From the IMG/VR virus record IMGVR_UViG_3300025362_000477: a stretch of 64,000 nt of DNA, one strand, 5' to 3'. A model generated the notes under the pieces. That model saw nothing but the letters and a program-made list of their open reading frames with translations. It was not told the origin of the DNA and did no database searches. A program made the translations under genes and the position numbers. Shown one piece after another: positions 19,683-29,723 of this stretch. This DNA comes from a virus. Its lineage: Duplodnaviria > Caudoviricetes. The first letter of the stretch is position 1, and every line of letters begins with the position of its first letter.

Positions 19683-21202
19683 TATTTATACATTGCCTTT
19701 TTGACAGATTCAAATAATCCAGATTCTCTACTTAATTTATTAGCCAAAGTAGAAACATTACCTGATCTCATTTGGAACCCTTTAGATTTTCTTTTAAATT
19801 CATCACTATCATACACTTTATCCATCTTCAGTGCATTAAACATATAACTATATGGCAGAATATGTAATAACCCACCATCAAGAGATGAAATAAAATAAAT
19901 CTTTTCATCTATCTCTTTCATCACCACAAATGTATTCCATCCAGCTTTAAACATTTTATTCAATTGTGATTTATCATTGAAGAAATTCTCACCACCATCA
20001 TACGTCATATCATCATCCCTAAATATAACAGAAGCTGATGAAAAATTATAAAATGAAGGGCTATTTCTATTATGTTTGAATGATCCGGCATTCACAAATC
20101 CTTGAGGTGATAATAAAATCATTCTCTTCACTGGATCTTTAATCATCGCAGCAACATCAACATCAATACCAGCAATCTTCTTAATGGAACGTTCAACGAA
20201 TCTAAATATACCACGAACTGATTTACGTGATATTATTTTAAACCACATTTCAACTCGATTAGTAAAATAATCATCAAGGATAGCATCTTGAATTTTCTGA
20301 AAATTTTGTATTCTACATGGGATAACTTTAGTTCCTATTGCTACTTCTTCTACATCAATATTTTTAGAATCTCCATAACCCTCACCCGGCCCACCAATAT
20401 AATGAATTTTAACTTTAATGGTTGCCATTGTTGGCTGTAAAGATGTACCCTCGGTATCACTTATCTGATAAGAACCTCTTACTTGTGATTGAGAAGCTTT
20501 TTCTCTTTTCTTTTCTTCATCAGCCTTATCTTGTTCTCTTTTCTCTTTATTAGCTTTAAATGAATCATCAGATGAATTTTGATTTTTCAATGCTCGTTCA
20601 ACAGTATTCAATTCACCTCGATCAGTATTTCGTCTCATCTCTAAAGTATCCAAAATAATTTTAAGATCAGTAATAAAACGACGAATTTCTTTAAGAGCAG
20701 ATATATCAGGTTTCGCATTAAAATCACCTTCAACAATTTTTGTAGCTGTTAAAAAAGCAGTAATCTGTCTCATATAAACATTACATTGTGTTTCATCTGC
20801 AACTAAAATAGATTTCCAATTTAACAGTTCTGATTCAGGTGCCCCATTTGCCGGAATATTTTTATCAATAACCTTTGGATAAGGAATGAACTTATCAGAA
20901 ATTTCATCTATGAGTTGCTTTGCTAAAATTGGATCAATATCTTTAGCATTATCAGTTACAACAAGAGGAATAACTCTCATTGCTTCCATCATCAATGTTT
21001 TAGAATCATTATTTTTATGTTCCAATACTAATGGACCGTATATTTTTTTCCGTATATTATATACTGATTTAACTCGGAGATTTCCACTACCAAATGATTG
21101 AAGTATCTGTAATAGATAGAATTGCTCTAGAGTTTTAGCGATAGCCGGATACATGTGATCCGGAACATTTTCTGATATTACTGAGGGATATACAAAAATC
21201 AT
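19682..21202 (-). CDS. hypothetical protein (probable virion)
   Basis: 506-aa ORF with RBS in the structural block. Confidence 0.65.
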   Translation of the reverse strand: MIFVYPSVISENVPDHMYPAIAKTLEQFYLLQILQSFGSGNLRVKSVYNIRKKIYGPLVLEHKNNDSKTLMMEAMRVIPLVVTDNAKDIDPILAKQLIDEISDKFIPYPKVIDKNIPANGAPESELLNWKSILVADETQCNVYMRQITAFLTATKIVEGDFNAKPDISALKEIRRFITDLKIILDTLEMRRNTDRGELNTVERALKNQNSSDDSFKANKEKREQDKADEEKKREKASQSQVRGSYQISDTEGTSLQPTMATIKVKIHYIGGPGEGYGDSKNIDVEEVAIGTKVIPCRIQNFQKIQDAILDDYFTNRVEMWFKIISRKSVRGIFRFVERSIKKIAGIDVDVAAMIKDPVKRMILLSPQGFVNAGSFKHNRNSPSFYNFSSASVIFRDDDMTYDGGENFFNDKSQLNKMFKAGWNTFVVMKEIDEKIYFISSLDGGLLHILPYSYMFNALKMDKVYDSDEFKRKSKGFQMRSGNVSTLANKLSRESGLFESVKKAMYK

Positions 21203-21214
21203 AGTTTCTCCTTA

Positions 21215-21496
21215 TTATAACCATGTCACGTTTTTATCTTTCTTTGAAAGAAAATCTATATTTAAAGGGCGAACTCGCCGCTCGATGTTATTATCAATTT
21301 CAACAGGGGCTGAAATTGGTTTCTCAACAATTAATTCAATTGTTGGTTTATTTAATTTTTTAATCTTTTCCGTCTGATCAGAAAGATCTTTAATAATCTT
21401 TTTTCTTTTTTCCATGCTACGAAAAGCAGAAAGATTTACTGTTGGTGAATTTTCACCTTCCAAATAAACTATTAAATTCTGATCCTGATATTGCAC
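21215..21496 (-). CDS. hypothetical protein
   Basis: Co-oriented ORF filling the operon gap. Confidence 0.5.
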   Translation of the reverse strand: MQYQDQNLIVYLEGENSPTVNLSAFRSMEKRKKIIKDLSDQTEKIKKLNKPTIELIVEKPISAPVEIDNNIERRVRPLNIDFLSKKDKNVTWL

Positions 21497-21501
21497 ATTA
21501 A

Positions 21502-22404
21502 TTAAACCACATTTTTATTTTGAAATCCAGTTTTTAGATGTGTTATCTTAGCCAATTGTCTTTGATATTGAACCGTTCTTATCTGGGCTCGTTTAACATC
21601 GCGAGAATATTTATTTCTTGCATGAACATCATTAGTATGTGCAGCAGATTGTCTGAAAATTGAAACTATCTTTTGTTGAGTCTTAATTTTACATTTCAAG
21701 GTACATGCTTTTTTAACAGAATCGTTTAATCTCATTTGGTCACATCTACTTTCACATCGAGTTAAAAATGCATCTACAGCTTTAGCTGCTGATCCGGCCA
21801 ATGCAAACCCGAGGACATTACCAGATGAATCATCCATAGCCTCTCTCATATTATATTTTTTTGCTAATTTAACCATGTCAGTTCGAACAGTCAAATAACT
21901 TTGCTCTAAAATTTCTCCCTTGAAATCAGAAATCTTATCTTTGTTTTCACATTTGAGTATCGGTTCACCAATTAATATATTATCAAGGCACATTTTATTA
22001 AATCTTTCATTGATCACCATATCTGATAATTTCTCGACATTCTGAGTAGGATTCTTTGAAAACTGTTCTTTGATATGAGTTCTCATATATTTTATCATAT
22101 CTAAATTCTCTAACATTCGAGCTGTAACACTTTTACTTCTCATAGCAATACTCTTTGCATTTTCCTGTATGATCTTATGATCTTTAGGAATCTCATTATT
22201 AGTAGGAACATAACCAATATGATTATAAAATTCATTTAAATCATTCATCATAGCAGCTTTCAATGACACATATTCATCATAATCTTTTTTCTCAGTAATC
22301 GCATATTTTGCGTGATTATTTAATAACACTGAATCAATAAAATACCAATTCTGTAGCATTTCAATAATCATGGGTGTTTTTCTAGCCATATCATTCACTC
22401 CCAT
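21502..22404 (-). CDS. hypothetical protein (possible processed head protein)
   Basis: Acidic MREAMDD linker, then a basic C-terminal domain with CESRC...CTLKC. Confidence 0.6.
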   Translation of the reverse strand: MGVNDMARKTPMIIEMLQNWYFIDSVLLNNHAKYAITEKKDYDEYVSLKAAMMNDLNEFYNHIGYVPTNNEIPKDHKIIQENAKSIAMRSKSVTARMLENLDMIKYMRTHIKEQFSKNPTQNVEKLSDMVINERFNKMCLDNILIGEPILKCENKDKISDFKGEILEQSYLTVRTDMVKLAKKYNMREAMDDSSGNVLGFALAGSAAKAVDAFLTRCESRCDQMRLNDSVKKACTLKCKIKTQQKIVSIFRQSAAHTNDVHARNKYSRDVKRAQIRTVQYQRQLAKITHLKTGFQNKNVV

Positions 22405-22416
22405 TAATATTTGTCT

Positions 22417-22662
22417 TTAATCTAACATATTCTGAATTAGCGATTTTTTAGTTAAATCTTCTGTATTTCTATCAGCTCTATATTCAGCAATCTTCAATTC
22501 TCTTTGAGTGAATAATAAACATCGCTCATTATCACCATCAGCATCTTCTACGAAAACAGCAATATATTCATTTTTTGCATTAGAAAATTTTGGTTTGTCA
22601 GTATTCCTAACACGGATCAATCTTCCTGGTGCAACTCTAACATCATCTATTTTTTCAGACAT
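22417..22662 (-). CDS. hypothetical protein
   Basis: GAGG RBS; co-oriented. Confidence 0.65.
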   Translation of the reverse strand: MSEKIDDVRVAPGRLIRVRNTDKPKFSNAKNEYIAVFVEDADGDNERCLLFTQRELKIAEYRADRNTEDLTKKSLIQNMLD

Positions 22663-22725
22663 AATTAAACCCTCACTTTTTTATTTGTTCTGATTAGATA
22701 AATAAAAAAGATCGGGTTTATTATT

Positions 22726-23961
22726 TTATGAATTAACTGACATATTAGGAGCAATGATAACAGATTCTATCAATTCAGATATAGTTTTATCAAAGATAGT
22801 TTTAAACTTCTCATCATTGTGATATAATGGATAAGCATCTTTTGTCCGAAATTTCTTTTCATCATAACCTAATATATAATTCCATGCCCCTGATTTAATC
22901 CTTTTATTATCAACTAAAAATTGATAGCTAGTCCAGAAGTTTGATACACCTCTATTAAAATCTACCATTAAAGTTATTGGTACATGAGGTCTAAAAAACT
23001 TATTTTTTACAAATGATGCTTCAATCTTAACACCATTGAATCCATATTGCTCAAACTTTAGATCTCCCCTATTCCTAAGAAACAATAAATGAAATGCATT
23101 AAATTTAACAGCCTGTCCACCAGGAATATCTTTATTTCCGAGTTTCTGCAAATCATTCGGGGCACTGAACATTCCCATATCAAGTTTTTCTCTAAGTTGA
23201 TTAACCGCAATTATAGAGATATTTGAACTTCTCATCTTTGGAAGGAATCTAGGGAATAGTTGAGATAACACTCGAGCTTTTAACCCAACTGTTTTATTAA
23301 TATCAACATCCTCTGATTCAATACCCTTTTTAGTATCAGTATTTGCTATAGAATCCCATGCAATAACAGAGGGGCATTCAACTATCTTTCTCTCTTGCTT
23401 AAATGCAGAAATAGCTTCAACTGTCTGAAAGATACTCTCAACAGAAACATTATCATAAGGAACTAATTTTGGATGATTCACACCCATCTGTTCCAATCTC
23501 TCAGTTGTCATACCATTTTCAGAATCATGGTAAGTAGCGAGCATTTTCCCACCATATTTTCTCTGACCAGCAGCAATCGTTTGCCCTAATAAAGAACTCT
23601 TGAATGTTCCTGGATTTCCCACAATCATAGTAAATGTACCAACACCAAAACCACCACCAGCAATAGCATCTAAAAGATCTATCCCAGTTGGAAATCTTTC
23701 AATACGAGAATTATCATTTTTAATATCAATTTTCTCTTCAATAAACTCAGATAGATCAGCTGTTAGTTGAAATATCTGCTCTTCTTCAGTCGAAACTTTT
23801 GCAACCTCAATTGCAGCTTCTGCCTTTTCTTTATCCTCTTCAGTAATAACAACTGAATTAACAACTTGTGCTACAACTTGTGCGGCAACAACATCTTGTT
23901 CTTTTAATTTTGCAGCAGTCAATTTAACGCCACTATCCCCAAGTACTGGATTATCACTCAT
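22726..23961 (-). CDS. RecA/UvsX-like recombinase
   Basis: FPTGIDLLD, GNPGTFKS Walker A, DSE, IAWDSIA Walker B, AVNQLR, PGGQAVKF, KNK motifs. Confidence 0.88.
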   Translation of the reverse strand: MSDNPVLGDSGVKLTAAKLKEQDVVAAQVVAQVVNSVVITEEDKEKAEAAIEVAKVSTEEEQIFQLTADLSEFIEEKIDIKNDNSRIERFPTGIDLLDAIAGGGFGVGTFTMIVGNPGTFKSSLLGQTIAAGQRKYGGKMLATYHDSENGMTTERLEQMGVNHPKLVPYDNVSVESIFQTVEAISAFKQERKIVECPSVIAWDSIANTDTKKGIESEDVDINKTVGLKARVLSQLFPRFLPKMRSSNISIIAVNQLREKLDMGMFSAPNDLQKLGNKDIPGGQAVKFNAFHLLFLRNRGDLKFEQYGFNGVKIEASFVKNKFFRPHVPITLMVDFNRGVSNFWTSYQFLVDNKRIKSGAWNYILGYDEKKFRTKDAYPLYHNDEKFKTIFDKTISELIESVIIAPNMSVNS

Positions 23962-24002
23962 ATAAATCTCCGTTTTATAATTTATTCCTAGAATTGATCT
24001 AA

Positions 24003-24437
24003 CTATTCGGTAGATTGATCTTTAACGTCTTCTGATGGTTTTGGTTGTTGGCTAAGAATTGCACCTTTACTTATCAATTCCGCTTCAACTATACTAGCTA
24101 TCTCTCTAATATCATCATCATTAGTTGTATTATCATCTACATTAGAAAATAGTTTTCTCCGCATCTCAATCTCTTCCTTAATTGATTTATTAAATTCCTG
24201 TCTGATATTAAGTAGTGTAGTGAAAAAAGAAGACATCGCTTTTATCTTTTCTTCTAGTACAAACTTATTTCGAAAATCTGCTGAATCGGGAAAAATCCCA
24301 TCAATTTTCAATCGAATCACATCAACTTCTGCCATGTACGCAGATAATTCACTTCGAGATTGAGAAAATTCTTTAAGGAGATTTTCTATCTTTGGATCAT
24401 ATAATCCAATATTATTAATATTATTTTCTTCATTCAT
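24003..24437 (-). CDS. hypothetical coiled-coil protein
   Basis: Helical, charged ORF. Confidence 0.6.
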   Translation of the reverse strand: MNEENNINNIGLYDPKIENLLKEFSQSRSELSAYMAEVDVIRLKIDGIFPDSADFRNKFVLEEKIKAMSSFFTTLLNIRQEFNKSIKEEIEMRRKLFSNVDDNTTNDDDIREIASIVEAELISKGAILSQQPKPSEDVKDQSTE

Positions 24438-24443
24438 CGTAAA

Positions 24444-24493
24444 AAACCCATCACCTCTTATAGAAACATATGAACTATAAGAAGTGATGGTTT
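24444..24493 (-). terminator. imperfect hairpin after the paralogue trio
   Basis: AAACCCATCACCTCTTATAG ... CTATAAGAAGTGATGGTTT. Confidence 0.45.
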
Positions 24494-24498
24494 ATTAA

Positions 24499-25152
24499 TT
24501 ATTTATTTTTATTCGCTCTACGAGCAGCCAGATAACCAGTTGCTACTCCGGTAGTAGCAATAGCAGCTCCAGTAGCAACATTTGAACCTTTAACTTTCGA
24601 AGCTTTATCTTTAGTTGCTTTAGCAATATCTTTAGCAATATCTTTAGCTTTACCTTTAACTTTCGAAGCTTTATCTTTAGTTGCTTTAGCAATATCTTTA
24701 GCTTTACCTTTAACTTTCGAAGCTTTATCTTTAGTTGCTTTAGCAATATCTTTAGCTTTAGCTTTAACTTTAGCTACTTTAGTTACTTTAGTTTTCGAAG
24801 GAGTAACTTTTTTACCAATAGAAGTAACTTTTTTACCAATAGCTGCTAATCCCTTCTTAATGTTAGCCTCTTCAATAATACCCAATACTGATTCTTGTAC
24901 TGGTGCTATATGGGCTTCATAAGCCTTCATAGCTACAAGTTCAAGAGCTTCAGTCTTCATATAATTAGTATCTCGATCTGGATTATAAACCAGATTCAGA
25001 AGCTGTTCATATGAAGCTTCATTAAGAATAAAATTCTCAGCGGAAGCCTTCTTTGATTCAGTAAGTACACCATCTACTCTAACCTGTTCAAGTAAAGCTT
25101 TTCTTGAAGCATAAACTAGATCTTTTCTATCTTCTTTAGTTAAAATGCTCAT
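24499..25152 (-). CDS. paralogue 3 of a tandem trio: conserved N-domain + Lys/Ala-rich tail
   Basis: MSILTKEDRKDLVYASRKALLEQV...; KAKDIAKATKDKASKVKG repeats; glycine-rich hydrophobic end. Confidence 0.8.
   Translation of the reverse strand: MSILTKEDRKDLVYASRKALLEQVRVDGVLTESKKASAENFILNEASYEQLLNLVYNPDRDTNYMKTEALELVAMKAYEAHIAPVQESVLGIIEEANIKKGLAAIGKKVTSIGKKVTPSKTKVTKVAKVKAKAKDIAKATKDKASKVKGKAKDIAKATKDKASKVKGKAKDIAKDIAKATKDKASKVKGSNVATGAAIATTGVATGYLAARRANKNK
24586..24759. repeat. 54-bp in-frame tandem repeat, 3 copies (one with an extra 12-bp duplication)
   Basis: ACCTTTAACTTTCGAAGCTTTATCTTTAGTTGCTTTAGCAATATCTTTAGCTTT repeated. Confidence 0.9.
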
Positions 25153-25193
25153 CTTGTTTCCTTTTTTAAAATCACCATGATATGATGATTGGT

Positions 25194-25703
25194 TTATTCA
25201 TCATCATCATTTGGATCAAACTTAGATGGTTCGGTTTTATTCTTTGATCTACCAGCAGCATAACCACCAGCAACACCCATAGATATAGCTGATTTTGGAT
25301 GCTTTTTAGCAAATGCAGTAACACCTTTACCACTACGACTAACACCACGACCAACGGCACGAATACCAGATCCGACAGCCTTAGCACCATCCCTAACAGC
25401 GCCACCAATACCTTCTTCGATTTGTCCAAATACAGATTCTTCAACTACATCTTCAGTTAAATAATCCTCATATTCTTTCATAGCAATAGCTTCCAGAGCT
25501 TCAGTCTTAAGTAGACTAGTATCTCGATCTGGGTTATATGCCAAATTTAACAGTTCTTGATAGGTAGCTTCATTCAAGATGAAATTCTTTGCCGATGCCT
25601 TCTTTGATTCAGTCAGTACACCTTCAACACTTACCTGTTCAAGTAGAGATTTACGAACAGCATAAACTAAATCTTTTCGATCTTCTTTTGTAAGAATGCT
25701 CAT
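25194..25703 (-). CDS. paralogue 2 of the tandem trio
   Basis: MSILTKEDRKDLVYAVRKSLLEQV...; Gly/Ala/Arg-rich tail. Confidence 0.8.
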   Translation of the reverse strand: MSILTKEDRKDLVYAVRKSLLEQVSVEGVLTESKKASAKNFILNEATYQELLNLAYNPDRDTSLLKTEALEAIAMKEYEDYLTEDVVEESVFGQIEEGIGGAVRDGAKAVGSGIRAVGRGVSRSGKGVTAFAKKHPKSAISMGVAGGYAAGRSKNKTEPSKFDPNDDDE

Positions 25704-25717
25704 ATTATCCCCTCAAA

Positions 25718-26350
25718 TTATTTATTTTTTCTGCGACCAGCAAGATAACCAGTTGCACCAACAGCAGCTACACCAGAACCAACAGCAGCACGGGCACCAT
25801 GTGTTTTCCAACGTTCTTTACCAAGATTTTTACTTGCAACTTTAACATCTTTAGCTTTATTGCTTAGTATCTTACCAGCTTTAGCTTTACCAGCTTTAGA
25901 AGCAATAGATTTCTTTGCTACCTTGGCCGCAGAACCCAAATTACCCTTTGCTGATTTCTTTGCTACCTTGGCCGCTTTTACTCCAGAACCAGCTAGAGCT
26001 TTTCCAAAGCCAGCTGCTTTTCGAGCAATCATATCTTTTGCACCCTCTTCGACCTGACCGAATACAGATTCTTCAACTACATCTTCAGTTAAATATTCTT
26101 CATATTCTTTCATAGCGATAGCTTCAAGAGCTTCTGTCTTCATATAATTAGTCTCTCGGTCTGGGTTATAAACCAGATTCAGAAGTTGCTCATAAGTAGC
26201 TTCGTTAAGAATGAAATTCTCAGCTGAGGCCTTCTTTGACTCAGTCAACACACCTTTGGTACGAACTTGTTCTAATAAAGCTTTTCTTGAAGCATAAACT
26301 AGATCTTTTCTATCTTCTTTTGTAAGAATACTCATTCTATTCTCCTTCAT
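25718..26350 (-). CDS. paralogue 1 of the tandem trio
   Basis: MSILTKEDRKDLVYASRKALLEQV...; AAKVAKKS repeats; GYLAGRRKNK end. Confidence 0.8.
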   Translation of the reverse strand: MKENRMSILTKEDRKDLVYASRKALLEQVRTKGVLTESKKASAENFILNEATYEQLLNLVYNPDRETNYMKTEALEAIAMKEYEEYLTEDVVEESVFGQVEEGAKDMIARKAAGFGKALAGSGVKAAKVAKKSAKGNLGSAAKVAKKSIASKAGKAKAGKILSNKAKDVKVASKNLGKERWKTHGARAAVGSGVAAVGATGYLAGRRKNK

Positions 26351-26398
26351 GGTTAATTTACTTACAAAGTAACATACATTGAAACTTTATATTTTGTT

Positions 26399-26665
26399 CT
26401 ATTGATTTTGTATAATGTTAATAATTTTCACAGAATTTAAATTTTTTAAAAGAGTTGAAGTATCAACTATCTTATCCAATGAATCATTTAAAATAACTGG
26501 TAATTGTTGACTTGTGTTCAATTTAGTTAATGCCCGTTTAATTTTCAAAATTTTGACATCTCCAAATGAACCTTTTTTCAGTTCAACATAAGGAATATCA
26601 GGTAAAAATTTTTTAGCTATTTTACATGATTTACAATTTTCGATACCAACGATAATCATCATCAA
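26399..26665 (-). CDS. glutaredoxin-like protein
   Basis: IVGIENCKSC (CxxC) and QQLPVIL; near the RNR. Confidence 0.6.
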   Translation of the reverse strand: MMMIIVGIENCKSCKIAKKFLPDIPYVELKKGSFGDVKILKIKRALTKLNTSQQLPVILNDSLDKIVDTSTLLKNLNSVKIINIIQNQ

Positions 26666-27714
26666 CCACCATATTCTGAAAGAGCTTTAACTAATAAACC
26701 TTCAGCAACTGCTGTTAAGGGATCATCAGCCATACGAACATGTTTCACATCAAATGCAAAATCCTCTTTATATTCTGTTAATACCTCATTAAATAAAGGC
26801 AGGAATCCAGTAGCAAGTGAAGTTCCACCACTAACAATAATAGAAAGAGATTCAGGTAAATCAATATTATCAGTAACTTGATTTAATTTCACTTTAATTT
26901 GATCGAGTGAATAACGAATCATCTCTCTATAATAATAAACAATCGCTTCCCTAGTACGTCTTTCTTTCTTACCACCAATAGTAAAATTCTGGAGGTCAGT
27001 ATTACGTTCTTTAATAGCAGTAATTCTATTAGGTACAGTCCCCATTGAATTAGCTACATTTTCATCAATCCAATCTCCAGAACGAGCAACACTAAATGTT
27101 ACAACTGGAACGCTCTTATACGCGAGACACACATTGACCATACCCGCGCCAAATGAAAATGATAATCCAGTAAATTGATCATCTTGACAATGACTGTATA
27201 TAATAGCCATAGCTTCATTGAATGATTGTGCTCGATATCCGAGATCAGAAAATATTCTATGAAATACACCTTCATGATATGTTATATTATTTTTAGAATC
27301 AATTGATTCAGCTGGTACACTATATATACAATGACCATCATTTGTTGTACCAACTAATTTCTTTATAATCAACTCTAAAATATCAAGACTATCAATCTCA
27401 CTTGGAGATATTAACCCTTTTGACATAGGTCTCTTTACACTCTTCCCAAATATATTGCTAAAATTAAAAGCATCATTTCCAATAATATAAACGGAATCAT
27501 CAGTCTCAACATAGTCTATATTTGATAGCTCTGCCATGGGTACTTGACTTTTATCGAGAGGTAAATACATATTTCTAATAGATGAAATTTCAGCAGATTT
27601 ACCTTTAGGTTCAGCCAGTACTATATTCATAGTCCCACAATCAACCGCGATAATACGAGGTGGTTTCGGAGCTGTTAGATCTACAACTTCTGATTTTGTT
27701 TTCTTTTCAGGCAT
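26662..27714 (-). CDS. actin-fold ATPase (MreB/MamK/ParM-like)
   Basis: Phosphate-1 VDCGTMN, PMSKGLI, FNEAMA connect-1, SFGAGMVN phosphate-2, SGDWID, VSGGTS adenosine motif, DPLTAVAEG connect-2. Confidence 0.85.
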   Translation of the reverse strand: MPEKKTKSEVVDLTAPKPPRIIAVDCGTMNIVLAEPKGKSAEISSIRNMYLPLDKSQVPMAELSNIDYVETDDSVYIIGNDAFNFSNIFGKSVKRPMSKGLISPSEIDSLDILELIIKKLVGTTNDGHCIYSVPAESIDSKNNITYHEGVFHRIFSDLGYRAQSFNEAMAIIYSHCQDDQFTGLSFSFGAGMVNVCLAYKSVPVVTFSVARSGDWIDENVANSMGTVPNRITAIKERNTDLQNFTIGGKKERRTREAIVYYYREMIRYSLDQIKVKLNQVTDNIDLPESLSIIVSGGTSLATGFLPLFNEVLTEYKEDFAFDVKHVRMADDPLTAVAEGLLVKALSEYGG

Positions 27715-28624
27715 TTATATTCTCCAAGGTAGATTTAAATTCACTTATTACTAAATTTTTATTTTGTTCCCATTTATTCTTTTTAATTCTTATACACTTG
27801 AATCCATATTTCATATAATCCTCATCTTTCTGAATATCATAAGGTTTATATGTTTCATAATTATCAATAAAATGATGACGTTCATCAAATTCTATTACTA
27901 ATTTCAATTCTTCAATATACCCATCAGGAAAATATCCAATCATTCGTGGATTTCGAATTATTTTATATTGAGTATGTTTTTGTATCTCATTCAAACACGG
28001 ACGTTCCATATCACCAATATTTGGCATCAATGGTTCACCATTTAATTTTTGCATTTCAACTCTATTGATTGCTATATTTCTTAATTTCAAACGAACAGAA
28101 TATATTTGACTTGGATTTTCTACTCCATATTTATTCATGCATGTTTTCTTCTTTTTCTCTTTGATATATTTAGATTTATTAGGATTATCAACACCATATT
28201 TTTTTAAATATGAATATTTTTTTTTCTGTTTTATTTTTTCTAATTGATTTGGATTTTCTACTCCATATCTAAACATGCAAGTATCTTTTTGTTTCTGCCG
28301 AATCTCAATATTCTCACTTGGTGATCCACACCCAAATCTATCATAACAAGTTATTTTAAATTTATTCCGAACTATCAATGAATTTGAAGAACATTTATTA
28401 CTACAATATATTCGATAACCACTTACTATATTTTGATAGTATGTAGGATCCCCACATACAAGACATATATCTTCATTTTCTTTTTTAAGATATTTATCAT
28501 AATATTCTTTAGATGATAAATGATGTTTTTGTCTAAAATGAGAAACTAAACCTTTCACTAATTTAAATTCTTTACTGCAAATTTTACATTTAAGATCCAT
28601 TCTTCTCTGCCATAGTAGCACCAA
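27707..28624 (-). CDS. free-standing putative homing endonuclease (family of 258..1412)
   Basis: CKIC...H...H, KYGVENP repeats, YFPDGYIEELKLVIEFDERHH. Likely start 28600. Confidence 0.8.
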   Translation of the reverse strand: MVLLWQRRMDLKCKICSKEFKLVKGLVSHFRQKHHLSSKEYYDKYLKKENEDICLVCGDPTYYQNIVSGYRIYCSNKCSSNSLIVRNKFKITCYDRFGCGSPSENIEIRQKQKDTCMFRYGVENPNQLEKIKQKKKYSYLKKYGVDNPNKSKYIKEKKKKTCMNKYGVENPSQIYSVRLKLRNIAINRVEMQKLNGEPLMPNIGDMERPCLNEIQKHTQYKIIRNPRMIGYFPDGYIEELKLVIEFDERHHFIDNYETYKPYDIQKDEDYMKYGFKCIRIKKNKWEQNKNLVISEFKSTLENINA

Positions 28625-29723
28625 GATCCCCTAATTCACAAGCTCCACCAGAACATGCTTCTCCAGCACTACCAAATCCCAATGAACCATACTCATCCTC
28701 ATAACATTCTGACCAATCAATATCAACATAATCTCGTTTAAGATCACACCAAATTTTCCAGTTATGAACATCCTTTAAACAATAAGTCATCAAACGTTCA
28801 TTACCATCAAAATATCTTACAGCAAATTGTTTGGCCCTTCTTATCCATTCAATCTTATCAACATAATTAGATACTTCTGATTTCAACCATGCATTTAATA
28901 ACTTAATTGGAGATTTTGGGGAAAGTCCTAAAGCTATCCAATTAGCGCCATTCATCTGACAATCAGATTCAATCTTAATTTTCAATTTATTAGAATCTAA
29001 TATCTCCCCAACACCAAGAACACAATCACTAGCAGCCCATAAATCATTATTAAATGCGCGTAACCCATCCACTATCAACCCACTCGCGAACATAGAAGCG
29101 TTACCATGCATCCTAACCATTTCGTATGGAGTATATACCGCAGTGAAGGGTGCCTGTGGGTAATCCTTATCACCCGATACTGGAAGAAATGATATACCAG
29201 CAAACCACATTCTATTCCGATATACGAACTTTTCTACATCATCCCATTCATCGGGTCGAACATGGATAGTATTAGAAACATTATGTTTCAACCAAGGACG
29301 ATTTAATGAAGTATATCGGGTTCCGGCTTCTACCCAATTTTGTTGGGTAAGCCTAACATTTTCGAGTAATTCTAATGCACCTACAGTATTTTTTGTTTTT
29401 GCCCCATCAGGAACTTCACATAAGAAAGTAATAATTTTATCAGTATCAGACCATACTGATTGTTCAACTGCAGACGGATTAAATGTTTCAAAATATTGCA
29501 GTGGAGTTTCTATCTTATTCGATTGAACTCTTCTAAAATATCTCTTAGCATGATGAGGATGAATTCCAGACGCTGTTCCTAAAATACAACTTGTTGTATT
29601 ATGAGTCACTGTTCGATTAGATAATTGATATGTATGTGAACCGCCGACCTCAATGTCTACAGTCATTTGTTTCTTCTTATTCAATAATGGTTTTAATATA
29701 ATTTTCATAAAATCCCCCGTCAT
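28590..29723 (-). CDS. nrdJ: class II (B12-dependent) ribonucleotide reductase, C-terminal part preceded by a 37-aa C-intein
   Basis: MKIIL...TVDIEV...YQLSNRTVTHN|TTSCILGTASGIHP; DYPQAPF; C-terminal CSGGAC. Start 29708. Confidence 0.9.
   Translation of the reverse strand: MTGDFMKIILKPLLNKKKQMTVDIEVGGSHTYQLSNRTVTHNTTSCILGTASGIHPHHAKRYFRRVQSNKIETPLQYFETFNPSAVEQSVWSDTDKIITFLCEVPDGAKTKNTVGALELLENVRLTQQNWVEAGTRYTSLNRPWLKHNVSNTIHVRPDEWDDVEKFVYRNRMWFAGISFLPVSGDKDYPQAPFTAVYTPYEMVRMHGNASMFASGLIVDGLRAFNNDLWAASDCVLGVGEILDSNKLKIKIESDCQMNGANWIALGLSPKSPIKLLNAWLKSEVSNYVDKIEWIRRAKQFAVRYFDGNERLMTYCLKDVHNWKIWCDLKRDYVDIDWSECYEDEYGSLGFGSAGEACSGGACELGDLGATMAEKNGS

Noticed and set aside
24543-26115. Shadow ORFs 24543..24746, 25172..25444, 25860..26057, 25915..26115
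   Set aside because: Alternate-frame or antisense products of the repetitive paralogue genes, without RBS support.
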